A DNA stretch of 64,000 nt. It comes from an uncultured virus (IMG/VR IMGVR_UViG_3300046103_003349). Its lineage: Duplodnaviria > Heunggongvirae > Uroviricota > Caudoviricetes. The stretch is taken from the IMG/VR virus record IMGVR_UViG_3300046103_003349; one strand, 5' to 3'. Below the pieces are notes generated by a model. That model ran no database searches and was not told the origin of the DNA. It worked only from the letters and a program-made list of their open reading frames with translations. The translations under genes were made by a program, and so were the position numbers. This document shows positions 1 through 8,902 of this stretch, piece by piece; positions within the stretch are counted from its first letter, which is position 1, and every line of letters begins with the position of its first letter.

Positions 1-2285
1 CCACCTTTTTCAAATTGAGTATAAAAACCTTTACCCATAGGTTTAGGGCTATATCCTATACCTTCGCTTTGCATATAATCTTTCATTTTTTTAGATGTTT
101 CTTTATCGTGTGGGTCTACTTCTACTATGTAATTTCCCTTAGCAGTTTTTCTTGGTTCAGATATATAAGAATCACTTCTTTTAAATTTATCAAAAAACTT
201 ATTATATCCTGTCATACCACCTTTTGCAAAATTACTATCCATTAAACCCATTTCTTTCATTGACTTATCTAATATGTTTTTCATTTTAGTATAAGAGATT
301 GGCTTTTCATTGGTATCATTATATATTTCAAAATAATATGTAGAGCCATAGTTATCTTCTAATCTTTCTACATCGCTTTCTTTTAGATTAAACTTACCAA
401 GTCCTTTTTCATCTAATTGTCGCCACACTACATCAACAACAAGTGTTTCTTCATCTAAACTACCACCTTTTGCATAATAACCGCCCTTACCTTCTATTTC
501 TGTTGCTTTGTATATTACATCACTTTTAGGTCTTAATGATACTTTGTTGTAAGCAAAATCATAATCTGCATTTGAAACGGTCATTTTAGCAAATTTTCCG
601 TTTTTAAGATAAAAGTTTCCAATGTTTGAATAGTTGTCATCAGTTACCTTATACATTTGACTTGGGTTGTCTTTAGATGTTTTTTTAATTTTATCTAATC
701 CTGATTTTCCTGCTCCTGTTATTTTACCACCTTTTGCAAGAAACATTGGATTAACATATTCATCAGCCTTCCTCATCTCTACGGATATTTTTCTTTCAAC
801 TAAATTATCTCCGTTTTCATTGTATTCATTACTATCCATATAGTTATCCATACTACTCCAAACTAATCCTTGATTTTCTGCTTCATCCATAAACTCATCA
901 TCACTTAACTCATCAGCATATCTTTGAAATTGATTATAAGTAAAAAACCCTTCATCTTCATACATATCTGCCCTCATATCAACGGCATATACTCTTTCTT
1001 CTATTACTCCACCTTTTGCAAATTTCTTTCTTACAATACTATCATATGCTTTCTTTACATTTCCATCATAATCATTTTCTACTATATCTTTACCTATTTT
1101 CTCAAATTGTTTGTTAGTATAATTACTCCAAGACTCTCTATCCATAGAGAACTGACCTATATCTTCATAATCATAAGAGTAATCTTTGGTTGTGCCACCT
1201 TTTGCAAATTTATAGTTAGCATCTATATATTTTTGTATTTCACCCCTATACTTTATAGCTATTGGATTTGTATTTATGTCTTTTCTTGTATCGCCATCAA
1301 TAATGCTTTTAGGAATACCAAACGCACCCATCTCAATTTCATATCTCCCATCAGGAGTTACTATATCAAAGTTTTTACTATTTGCTAATTTCCTGAATTT
1401 TACTTCACCACCTTTTGCATAAATTCTATCAGGAGCCATTTTTTTCAAGTCCTCTTTAAAATCATCAAACGAAATTACATCTCCTTTTATATCTTTCGGT
1501 TGTGCTTGTTGCCAATATCTCAATGCTTTTTCCTCTAAACCTTTAACTTGTAGTTTTCCTCCTTTTGCAAATCTTCCCATTTTCAATTCTCTTCCTTCTT
1601 TATAGTTTTCACCATCAAACCATTTTGATATTTTATCAATACCTTTTTGTAATTTTTCTTTTAAATCTTCTATACTATCAAAAGTGAATTTGTCTTGTGT
1701 GTAATCTTCATAATTTCCTGTTCTGTGATAAGGTGCTTCCATATTCACACTTCCTGAAAGAACTATTGTGTGTTTACCATCAATACCTTTGTCATTATCA
1801 GGATTGTAGTAAAATGCTTCCACTTCAAACATAATGCTATCATCATCACTTCTTGAAAACTCATCTAACTCTTCTGCCTCATCCATATATCCTGCCTCCT
1901 GCAAAGAAGAGTAATCAACTTTTTCAATACCTCCTAATTCTTTTACTATGTCAGGAAATTCTTCTTCAAATCTTTCTTTACCATACTCATAATTTAGATT
2001 TTCTACTCTTTCTAATTCAGCATCTAAAGTATTTGTAGGTAGTGATTTCCCTGAACCTGTTAAATGGTTTCCATACACAAAAAATCTGTATTCATAACCC
2101 CCATTAGTATAAGGTATAAATCCATCTCTGCTCTCGTGTTCTACTTCTTCTCCTGTTATTTCTTGACCTTCATATTCTTGATTTGCATCTTCTAATACAT
2201 CTTCTAACTCATCTTTTAATACCTTAACTATATCTTCTCTACTAATAGTTTTACCCCCTTTTGCATATTTTAATTTATTTTCCAT
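1..2285 (-). CDS. Partial (runs off window start) multi-domain polyprotein with (F/Y)AKGG linkers; not in ORF track
   Basis: Manual translation from ATG at 2285 (MENKLKYAKGGKTISREDIV...) stays open to position 1 (at least 761 codons). Nine xAKGG/FEKGG motifs near 2260, 1560, 1410, 1200, 1015, 730, 468, 220 and 5. Confidence 0.85.
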   Translation of the reverse strand, partial: MENKLKYAKGGKTISREDIVKVLKDELEDVLEDANQEYEGQEITGEEVEHESRDGFIPYTNGGYEYRFFVYGNHLTGSGKSLPTNTLDAELERVENLNYEYGKERFEEEFPDIVKELGGIEKVDYSSLQEAGYMDEAEELDEFSRSDDDSIMFEVEAFYYNPDNDKGIDGKHTIVLSGSVNMEAPYHRTGNYEDYTQDKFTFDSIEDLKEKLQKGIDKISKWFDGENYKEGRELKMGRFAKGGKLQVKGLEEKALRYWQQAQPKDIKGDVISFDDFKEDLKKMAPDRIYAKGGEVKFRKLANSKNFDIVTPDGRYEIEMGAFGIPKSIIDGDTRKDINTNPIAIKYRGEIQKYIDANYKFAKGGTTKDYSYDYEDIGQFSMDRESWSNYTNKQFEKIGKDIVENDYDGNVKKAYDSIVRKKFAKGGVIEERVYAVDMRADMYEDEGFFTYNQFQRYADELSDDEFMDEAENQGLVWSSMDNYMDSNEYNENGDNLVERKISVEMRKADEYVNPMFLAKGGKITGAGKSGLDKIKKTSKDNPSQMYKVTDDNYSNIGNFYLKNGKFAKMTVSNADYDFAYNKVSLRPKSDVIYKATEIEGKGGYYAKGGSLDEETLVVDVVWRQLDEKGLGKFNLKESDVERLEDNYGSTYYFEIYNDTNEKPISYTKMKNILDKSMKEMGLMDSNFAKGGMTGYNKFFDKFKRSDSYISEPRKTAKGNYIVEVDPHDKETSKKMKDYMQSEGIGYSPKPMGKGFYTQFEKG

Positions 2286-2291
2286 ATTTAT

Positions 2292-2966
2292 TTATTTTAT
2301 TAAGGAAGGGATTAGAACTCCTGTTGCTACTCCAACTCCATACCAAAAACCTTTCTTGTCGTAAAACCTCGTATCATTCTTTATTACGACATTTCTTAGA
2401 CTATTTATATCCACATAGGGATTTTCATTCTTTACCATTACGGTAGGTGTGGGAGATTTGAAAATACCATTACTTTTTAGTCCTAAAGTAACAATTTGTC
2501 TATTATACAAAGATAGAGAATCAATCCACATTCCTTTACTATTTAAAGTTGAATATAATGAGTACCATTCATCTTCTATACCAAACTTAGTTGGTAGTTT
2601 TAAAAATGCTATCCCATCCCCATCAAACATTATTCTTTCTACTGTATCTATAATTGGAACATACACACTATCAATCTTAGTTATTGTTCTTATAGTTACT
2701 TGAGATTTAATCTTTTTTAAATCTTCTATTTGGAGTAAATTAAAAGCAATTGCATCATTTTGTGATAAAATGATTTGGTCTTGCTCTGCTATCTTTTCTC
2801 CTTTTTCATTTAACTTCTTAACAAATACTTGTTCGCCATCCTTAAATTTAATTATCTGACCTTTAAACTCTTCTAACTGAGAATTAGCACTTAATACTTG
2901 CCATATTAGTAACAACAATAGCATAAAACATATTAAGAGAGAGTTTTTTTTAAGTTTAGAAAACAT
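2292..2966 (-). CDS. Membrane-anchored coiled-coil protein, possible lysis accessory (spanin-like)
   Basis: N-terminal hydrophobic helix, coiled-coil, beta-rich region, C-terminal WYGVGVATGVLI segment; next to a holin-like ORF. Confidence 0.4.
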   Translation of the reverse strand: MFSKLKKNSLLICFMLLLLLIWQVLSANSQLEEFKGQIIKFKDGEQVFVKKLNEKGEKIAEQDQIILSQNDAIAFNLLQIEDLKKIKSQVTIRTITKIDSVYVPIIDTVERIMFDGDGIAFLKLPTKFGIEDEWYSLYSTLNSKGMWIDSLSLYNRQIVTLGLKSNGIFKSPTPTVMVKNENPYVDINSLRNVVIKNDTRFYDKKGFWYGVGVATGVLIPSLIK

Positions 2967-2974
2967 ATTACATT

Positions 2975-3166
2975 TTATTTCTTACCTATGTTTGACAAAT
3001 GTTCTCCTGTATTACCTACTGCATAAATACCAAATATCCACATTACAAAATCTGACCAATCGCTAAATTCTGCCTGTCCAATTAATAAGAAGATTGTTGC
3101 ACTTAAAAACAACAAAATCGCAAAAAACATTTTACGACCACCTATAAAACTAAATACTTTCTCCAT
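2975..3166 (-). CDS. Small two-TM membrane protein, holin-like
   Basis: 63 aa, GRK followed by two hydrophobic segments and a basic C-terminus. Confidence 0.5.
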   Translation of the reverse strand: MEKVFSFIGGRKMFFAILLFLSATIFLLIGQAEFSDWSDFVMWIFGIYAVGNTGEHLSNIGKK

Positions 3167-3177
3167 TTTTTTATTTT

Positions 3178-3849
3178 TTAATTGATTATTCTTACATCAT
3201 AAATATTTTGGTTAGCAGAAATAATCCTCCTGTTAACCTCTTCCCAATTTATAATATTGAAAATATTCTTGATGTATCTTGTTCTGTCAGCATCATATTT
3301 TAAATAATATGCGTGTTCCCACACATCTATACCTAAAAGAGGAAAAGATTGATATTCGGGCATATATGGATTGTCTTGGTATGGAGTAGCAAGTATATTT
3401 GTACTTCCATCTCCATTCATTACCCACCATACCCATCCTGAACCGAATCTTTTTTGTGATGCTTCTACAATAAACTCTTTAAATTGTCCATAAGTTCCAA
3501 AGTCCTCTATTATTTTAACTAACGATATTCCGTGAGGAACATTAGGGTTTTTTTTTGGATTTGGTTTGAGCATTTTCCAAAACATAGAATGATTAACATA
3601 CCCACCTCCATTATCTCTAACTTCAATAGGGTATCTATCTATATTTTGCATTATTTTGATTACAGGTTCGTTAATATCATATTTTTCAACTTCTGCATTA
3701 AACTTTTTTAAATACCCTAAATAATGTTTATTATAGTGTATTTGCATAGTTTCCTCATCAATATAAGGCTCAAGAGCATCATATTTATAAGGCAAACGAA
3801 CAGAGGAAAATTTAACTAACTCATAGTCATCATATTTACTCATTCTCAA
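3178..3849 (-). CDS. sodA: Fe/Mn superoxide dismutase (Mn-type signature)
   Basis: LPYKYDALEPYID, TMQIHYNKH, NGGGYVNHSMFW, RFGSGWVW, QDNP, DVWEHAYY; all metal ligands present; true start probably ATG at 3843. Confidence 0.93.
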   Translation of the reverse strand: MRMSKYDDYELVKFSSVRLPYKYDALEPYIDEETMQIHYNKHYLGYLKKFNAEVEKYDINEPVIKIMQNIDRYPIEVRDNGGGYVNHSMFWKMLKPNPKKNPNVPHGISLVKIIEDFGTYGQFKEFIVEASQKRFGSGWVWWVMNGDGSTNILATPYQDNPYMPEYQSFPLLGIDVWEHAYYLKYDADRTRYIKNIFNIINWEEVNRRIISANQNIYDVRIIN

Positions 3850-3964
3850 ACTTTTTATTATTTATTAAAAATCGTGTGGTAATTAAGGAACTCCTTAATA
3901 AAGTAAAAGAACCAACTACACACACAACTAATAATATACTTATTACAACTTTATTATTCACTTC

Positions 3965-4063
3965 TTACTTACACTTGTAGATTAAGTAGCCTAACATTCC
4001 AATGATTATTACATTGTGAACATTGTTACCACCTAAAAAATCTGCACTCTTAATATCAAACAT
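3965..4063 (-). CDS. Small TM peptide (32 aa; not in track)
   Basis: MFDIKSADFLGGNNVHNVIIIGMLGYLIYKCK*, A-rich upstream. Confidence 0.55.
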   Translation of the reverse strand: MFDIKSADFLGGNNVHNVIIIGMLGYLIYKCK

Positions 4064-4093
4064 TTTTTTTATTTTTTTGGGTTAATACTCGTT

Positions 4094-4273
4094 TTAATTA
4101 TCTTTTGCTAATTTATATCTTCTTATCAATCTATCGGCTATACTTTGCAACTTCTTTTTCGTTGTTCTTGTAGGAGGAAATAACTCATTAGTAACAGTAG
4201 CTTGAATAGGTTTCATATTTGAAATAGTCAAGCTAATATTTCTAACTATATTTATTGCCCTTTGTCTACTCAT
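4094..4273 (-). CDS. Small basic protein (59 aa; not in track)
   Basis: MSRQRAINIVRNISL...RRYKLAKDN*; start overlaps the end of the upstream gene. Confidence 0.5.
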   Translation of the reverse strand: MSRQRAINIVRNISLTISNMKPIQATVTNELFPPTRTTKKKLQSIADRLIRRYKLAKDN

Positions 4274-4655
4274 AATTATTTAAAATTAAATATCCAAATA
4301 TTGCAATTCCTATATATGGTAAATAAGTCATAATATCCATTTCTTCTGAAGCAGGTTTTCCTCCATCAACAGGAGTTCCTACAACAGGAGGTCCTACAAC
4401 AGGAGTGTCATCATTTTTTTTGCAAGGGTCTTTTTCCATAGTCCATCCTTCAGGGCAAGTATATTCTTTACCAATTGCAACATCAAACATATTGGAAACA
4501 GGATAGCCTCCATTACATCTATTACAAACTAAAGGTGCAACTTGATTATTTCCATTATTTATATTGTTGTCAGGGCTTCTTGTTGGTCCTTTATCAGGAT
4601 TTGCCATAGGTCTGCCTGTATTTCCTGCTTTATTAAACCATAATTCTCTTTCCAT
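4266..4655 (-). CDS. Tail-anchored Cys-containing membrane protein with LWFN leader
   Basis: MERELWFNKAG start; C-terminal TM helix. Confidence 0.7.
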   Translation of the reverse strand: MERELWFNKAGNTGRPMANPDKGPTRSPDNNINNGNNQVAPLVCNRCNGGYPVSNMFDVAIGKEYTCPEGWTMEKDPCKKNDDTPVVGPPVVGTPVDGGKPASEEMDIMTYLPYIGIAIFGYLILNNYE

Positions 4656-4660
4656 ATTTT

Positions 4661-4825
4661 TTATTTTAATCCTACTAATTCATCTATTGTTTTACCTTCA
4701 TAATATTTATCTTTTAAAAAACTATCATAAATTTTAATAGCGAAAAGAACAGCAAGTATGTTGAAAGCTACTTGTATATCAAAAGGTGCTGAACCTCCTC
4801 TTTGCATTTTTTTTATTGACTCCAT
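4661..4825 (-). CDS. Small TM protein (54 aa; not in track)
   Basis: MESIKKMQRGGSAPFDIQVAFNILAVLFAIKIY...; TAATG coupling to the upstream gene. Confidence 0.55.
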   Translation of the reverse strand: MESIKKMQRGGSAPFDIQVAFNILAVLFAIKIYDSFLKDKYYEGKTIDELVGLK

Positions 4826-5043
4826 TAATCTGATTCTTTAAGATTCCAATCCTCTTCAGTCTTTATAGGTATTTTTTCAGAAGTTTTCATTTGTTTCAAT
4901 TCTGCCTTTACTAATTTAATTCGTAAAAAATCTAAGTAAGTTTTAACAATATAAGAAACTCCTATCGCTACTGCAATAGAGCCTCCCACAGTTAAAATCT
5001 TTTCCAAATGCCCTTCTTCTAAATAATCTTCCCATTTAGCCAT
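4825..5043 (-). CDS. Small membrane protein
   Basis: Single hydrophobic helix ILTVGGSIAVAIGVSYIV. Confidence 0.6.
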   Translation of the reverse strand: MAKWEDYLEEGHLEKILTVGGSIAVAIGVSYIVKTYLDFLRIKLVKAELKQMKTSEKIPIKTEEDWNLKESD

Positions 5044-5145
5044 TTATAAGGTTTTTTTAGTTATTGTTATACTTTTAGCTATATACTCTTGATAAAGCAT
5101 ATAACCTCCATAACCTGCTAAAGCATATTTAATTATCGTAAACAT
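5044..5145 (-). CDS. Small TM peptide (33 aa; not in track)
   Basis: MFTIIKYALAGYGGYMLYQEY..., resembles the N-terminus of 5156..5509. Confidence 0.5.
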   Translation of the reverse strand: MFTIIKYALAGYGGYMLYQEYIAKSITITKKTL

Positions 5146-5155
5146 ATCCTATAAA

Positions 5156-5509
5156 TTATGCTCCACAAGAACCACAAGCATTACTCATATTAGCAGTTTG
5201 CCAATCAGTTCCTTGTAAATTCGCTCTTCTTGAGCCCGGTGCAGGTGTTCCATTTGCATTATTATATCCTCCACAAGCATTACTGAATACATTTCCTTCT
5301 TGCCACATAGTTTCTCTGTTTCTACCCTCTTGTTGCCATTCTGTTCCTGCAAAGTTTGTGTTAGCATTTTGCCAATCTGTTCCTCGCAAACCACTTCTTT
5401 GCCAATCAGTTCCTTGAAAAGCTGAAGTATTTTCAGTTGTCATTTTTTCATACAAAGCATAAGCCCCTAAACCTGCAAGACCATAAAGCCCAATCATTTT
5501 TAAATCCAT
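5156..5509 (-). CDS. N-anchored membrane protein with GT(D/E)WQ repeats and SNACG motifs
   Basis: N-terminal TM; four xxGT(D/E)WQ repeats; FSNACG, YNNANG, MSNACG. Confidence 0.75.
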   Translation of the reverse strand: MDLKMIGLYGLAGLGAYALYEKMTTENTSAFQGTDWQRSGLRGTDWQNANTNFAGTEWQQEGRNRETMWQEGNVFSNACGGYNNANGTPAPGSRRANLQGTDWQTANMSNACGSCGA

Positions 5510-5543
5510 TTTTTTTTTTTGTTAATTAATTATTTATTTATTT

Positions 5544-5942
5544 TTATTTAATAGGCACTTCATACACTTCTGTCCCTTGAAAACGATACTCATTTTCAGG
5601 GTACATCATCTTTGAATTTCCTAAATTGTCTATACCGAAAACAGGGAAATCAACATCTTTCATTGTTATATTTCCACTTGGTATTATGTTGTAAGTATTA
5701 TTTACATCCTTACTATTTCTTTTATATCCGTTCATAGAGTATATATCTCCTCCAAAACCTATTGATGCCGAACCTCCTATCGGTAATCCTCCTATAACTC
5801 CATTTGAAGGAACATTAACTATATAAGGTTGAGATGTTCTTTTAGTTGGGAAAAAATTATCATTAGAATCATCAAACCAAGAATTACTTGTATCTAATAA
5901 ATTAGAAACATCTGCATAACCATCTTTAATAATACTATTCAT
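5544..5942 (-). CDS. Hypothetical phage protein with C-terminal beta domain (IPSGNITMKDVDFPV)
   Basis: Intact ORF with the same codon style as neighbours; acidic N-terminal region. Confidence 0.6.
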   Translation of the reverse strand: MNSIIKDGYADVSNLLDTSNSWFDDSNDNFFPTKRTSQPYIVNVPSNGVIGGLPIGGSASIGFGGDIYSMNGYKRNSKDVNNTYNIIPSGNITMKDVDFPVFGIDNLGNSKMMYPENEYRFQGTEVYEVPIK

Positions 5943-6087
5943 ATCCTCTTTTCTCTAATTCTTGTTTTACTATCCTTTCTACTCCCGGTCTAAATATATA
6001 TATTTCAGCCAACCATTCAAGAGCAATAAATGTACCTACTGCTACTGTAACCGTTCCCCAATTTATTTTATCTCCAAATACTTTCAT
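5935..6087 (-). CDS. Small TM protein (50 aa; not in track)
   Basis: MKVFGDKINWGTVTVAVGTFIALEWLAEIYIF...; fills the intergenic gap. Confidence 0.55.
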   Translation of the reverse strand: MKVFGDKINWGTVTVAVGTFIALEWLAEIYIFRPGVERIVKQELEKRGYE

Positions 6088-6096
6088 ATTATAAGT

Positions 6097-6567
6097 TTAT
6101 GACCAACATATTTGTGAATCAGCATTGTAAGTTATATTATCGTGATTTTCACAATTTATCGCTCCATTTAATCCTTCTGCATCTACCCAAAACTTTTTAA
6201 TTTTACAAGCCCTTCCATCTAAATCAACTGTATCTCCTACATTTAATTCATCGGTAATTAATTGCCTTCTTGCAGTTTCTACTGATGCAGGAGTATATGG
6301 GTCATCTATACTTATATATGCACCTTTACCTCCTCCTTCTGATTCTAATGCAGGTAAACAAGTTGAAAATCCACTTTTAGGCTCTAATGTCAATTCAGTA
6401 GAGGCATTACCTATACTTCTTTCTTTATCACCCATATATGGACCTTGCACAGGATTGTCAAATTCTCCTGATATTTTATCTGTTGAATCCTTTTTAATAA
6501 ATAAAAAGTAAGCTCCTACTAATGCAATACCTCCTACTCCAATTAATAATTTTGTTTTTTTCTCCAT
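6097..6567 (-). CDS. N-anchored membrane protein with Cys-containing C-terminal domain
   Basis: MEKKTK + TM + KK. Confidence 0.7.
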   Translation of the reverse strand: MEKKTKLLIGVGGIALVGAYFLFIKKDSTDKISGEFDNPVQGPYMGDKERSIGNASTELTLEPKSGFSTCLPALESEGGGKGAYISIDDPYTPASVETARRQLITDELNVGDTVDLDGRACKIKKFWVDAEGLNGAINCENHDNITYNADSQICWS

Positions 6568-6568
6568 T

Positions 6569-6712
6569 TTATTTTTTTTTGTATATAATCATACCTGTTT
6601 TAGTTTTTGATGCAACATAGGTATTTCCTTTGTAGCTAAATGATTTTTTACCTGATTTTCTTGCAGTTTCTTTAGCTTTCATATAAGCGTTCATTGGTCT
6701 TTTCTTTGCCAT
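6569..6712 (-). CDS. Small very basic protein (47 aa; not in track), candidate DNA-condensing protein
   Basis: MAKKRPMNAYMKAKETARKSGKKSFSYKGNTYVASKTKTGMIIYKKK*. Confidence 0.6.
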   Translation of the reverse strand: MAKKRPMNAYMKAKETARKSGKKSFSYKGNTYVASKTKTGMIIYKKK

Positions 6713-6728
6713 AGTTTTATTTTATTTA

Positions 6729-6956
6729 TTATTTAAACATTCCTTTTGTGTATGCATAATATCCTAATACTCCAATAATTGCTATCCATCCAATTTTAGG
6801 TATTCCCATATATCCTGCCGTTTTAAGACCTAGAGGAGTAGAACTACCTGTATATCCACCAATCTCCCCTCCTTGATTTTCGCAAGGTATTTTATTTGGA
6901 GTACCTTTTCCTGTGATGTCTTGCGTACCATCATTACATAAGTGTATTTTACTCAT
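6729..6956 (-). CDS. Tail-anchored small membrane protein
   Basis: C-terminal IGWIAIIGVLGYYAY. Confidence 0.65.
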   Translation of the reverse strand: MSKIHLCNDGTQDITGKGTPNKIPCENQGGEIGGYTGSSTPLGLKTAGYMGIPKIGWIAIIGVLGYYAYTKGMFK

Positions 6957-6960
6957 AATT

Positions 6961-7068
6961 TTATTTTTTTCTTGTATGACTTTTTACAGTCTTACCTTTT
7001 CTTTTATAACTCTTTACTATTGTGCAAGATTTACTTCCACTTTTATTTGTTGTTTTTTTCTTTGCCAT
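6961..7068 (-). CDS. Small very basic peptide (35 aa; not in track)
   Basis: MAKKKTTNKSGSKSCTIVKSYKRKGKTVKSHTRKK*. Confidence 0.55.
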   Translation of the reverse strand: MAKKKTTNKSGSKSCTIVKSYKRKGKTVKSHTRKK

Positions 7069-7074
7069 AATTTT

Positions 7075-7620
7075 TTATTTTTTTCTTAATATATATGCTA
7101 TTGTTAATGCTCCTGTTATTGCTACTCCAAAAATAAGAAGATTATTCATCGTTTTGGCTTTTTCTTCTGCCATATCTCTTTCTAGTATAATATTCGTTTG
7201 TGCTTTTCCTAATTCAATAGCTATTCCTTTTCTTGCATTTAGTTCTGCTAATTCTCTATAAAACTCAGCATCTTCTCTTCCATATTGCTCATTTCTACGA
7301 GCCATATCCTCTGCAAAAATCTTATTCTTAGCAGACATAACCATAGATTGAATAGTTTCTGCTATAATTGATACTGCGGTGGTAATAGCAACTATAAAAG
7401 GCTGAAAGTTACCTTCTTCCACTCTTCTTTGAAATAACAAAAACTCTGCAATAAAATCTTCATCTAACATATTATTAGCTACTGCTTTATTAACTTCATC
7501 TACAGGAGTTCCTAAACTCAAGTCAGCATAATTATTAGTATTAAGGAATTCAATTACTAATTCTTTATTATCAAGAATAAACTCTGCTATACCTCTAAAA
7601 ACTATATCTTTTTTTATCAT
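7075..7620 (-). CDS. Membrane protein: helical N-domain, internal hydrophobic segment, coiled-coil, C-terminal TM
   Basis: Paralogous N-domain with 7617..8159 (FILDNKELV / FILQNKREV). Confidence 0.7.
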   Translation of the reverse strand: MIKKDIVFRGIAEFILDNKELVIEFLNTNNYADLSLGTPVDEVNKAVANNMLDEDFIAEFLLFQRRVEEGNFQPFIVAITTAVSIIAETIQSMVMSAKNKIFAEDMARRNEQYGREDAEFYRELAELNARKGIAIELGKAQTNIILERDMAEEKAKTMNNLLIFGVAITGALTIAYILRKK

Positions 7621-8159
7621 TTTTTTGTTAATTTAGATGCTATAATAATCGTAATTATTGATACTCCCATAATATATGCAATATTTAATCTGTCTGCCTT
7701 TCTATTTGCTTGAATCATATTTTCTTCTTTCTGAAGGTAATCTTGTTGAGCAATAAGAAATTGTTTTTGCATTTCTTTTCTATTTATAAAAGCTATCTCT
7801 CCTAATGTTTCTTTATTTATATATCTTTTAGTATATCCTTCTCTAAGTAATTCAGCCTTTGCCTTCCTATTTCTATTAGCCGTAGTTATAATGCTAGTTG
7901 AAGTAGCAAGGATAATTACTGATACTACTATATAAACACAAACCCCTGCACAAACATAATTACTATATCCATTATTTGCAATAGATTTTAGTCCTTCCTC
8001 TAATTCTTGGGCATTATCTATTACTATTTCATTTACAACACTAATAGGTGAATCATAAGACAATGAGGCAATCCCTAATCGGTTGATAAGGAAAATTACT
8101 TCTCTTTTATTTTGCAGTATAAAAACTGCGAAATTTAATATTGCCTTTTTTTCTTGCAT
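7617..8159 (-). CDS. Membrane protein, paralog of 7075..7620
   Basis: Same architecture; YSNY before the hydrophobic segment. Confidence 0.7.
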   Translation of the reverse strand: MQEKKAILNFAVFILQNKREVIFLINRLGIASLSYDSPISVVNEIVIDNAQELEEGLKSIANNGYSNYVCAGVCVYIVVSVIILATSTSIITTANRNRKAKAELLREGYTKRYINKETLGEIAFINRKEMQKQFLIAQQDYLQKEENMIQANRKADRLNIAYIMGVSIITIIIASKLTKK

Positions 8160-8160
8160 A

Positions 8161-8673
8161 TTATTTTTTGATAGACATATATGTTACCACTCCTATTACT
8201 AATGCCCCAACACCTACTGCTACATATGTCAATGTCTTATCTTCTGTTTTTCTCTCTGCACTTTTTAATTGTGCTTGATTAAACATCTTTTGAATATTTG
8301 TTTCAAACTCTGCTGATTGTTCCTCTAATCTTTGCTCAGTACAATCAGCTTTATCCCACTCATTTTTAAAATCTAATCTTCTATTTTCTAATGCTCTTCC
8401 ATCTCTTGTTATGACTCTGTTCTTTGCTCCACTATTAGCATTTTTTGTTAATGCTTTATCTATTTTATTAATAGAAGAATCTATATCATCACACTCCATA
8501 TCAGAATTGATAGGATATGATTTTTTTAAAGATGCTACTTTAGAATCATATCTTTCTGCTTCTGCTTTTTTTGGCGACCAAAAATCTTTCCACCAACCCG
8601 GATGATTACTCCATTCATCATCTTCACCATAATTTGAAAATCCTACTATATTACTTTCGCTATCTAAAAACAT
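8161..8673 (-). CDS. Tail-anchored protein, MF(L/I)DS leader / SNHPG family
   Basis: MFLDSE...WSNHPGWWKDFWSPKKAEAERY; coiled-coil; C-terminal TM + KK. Confidence 0.75.
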   Translation of the reverse strand: MFLDSESNIVGFSNYGEDDEWSNHPGWWKDFWSPKKAEAERYDSKVASLKKSYPINSDMECDDIDSSINKIDKALTKNANSGAKNRVITRDGRALENRRLDFKNEWDKADCTEQRLEEQSAEFETNIQKMFNQAQLKSAERKTEDKTLTYVAVGVGALVIGVVTYMSIKK

Positions 8674-8678
8674 ATTTT

Positions 8679-8900
8679 TTAATTTTTTATTATATTATAT
8701 AACATAAGCGAAACAATTGCTAATATTATTCCTGCTGATAATTGAATTACTGCTTTACCTGTATTATTTTCTTCATTTTTAAAATCTTCCAAACTACCTA
8801 CTGCATTTAAATAGTCATCTTTTTTACATTTACCTCCACATTCACATTTGCCTCCATTTTGACAAGCGTGATTTTCTTTATTTTTACAATCGCATCCCAT
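8679..8900 (-). CDS. Tail-anchored protein with Cys-rich (metallothionein-like) N-terminus
   Basis: MGCDC...CQNGGKCECGGKC, YLNAVG, C-terminal TM. Confidence 0.7.
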   Translation of the reverse strand: MGCDCKNKENHACQNGGKCECGGKCKKDDYLNAVGSLEDFKNEENNTGKAVIQLSAGIILAIVSLMLYNIIKN

Positions 8901-8902
8901 AT

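Noticed and set aside
1..2285. Regularly recurring ccaccttttgca as a CRISPR or attC array
   Set aside because: Spacing is hundreds of nt and variable, all copies are in one reading frame, and they encode AKGG.
15..2703. Plus-strand ORFs (15..245, 924..1388, 1853..2038, 2261..2446, 2449..2703) and similar plus-strand ORFs throughout the window
   Set aside because: They are antisense shadows of minus-strand genes, with F/S/L/I-rich composition and no start context.
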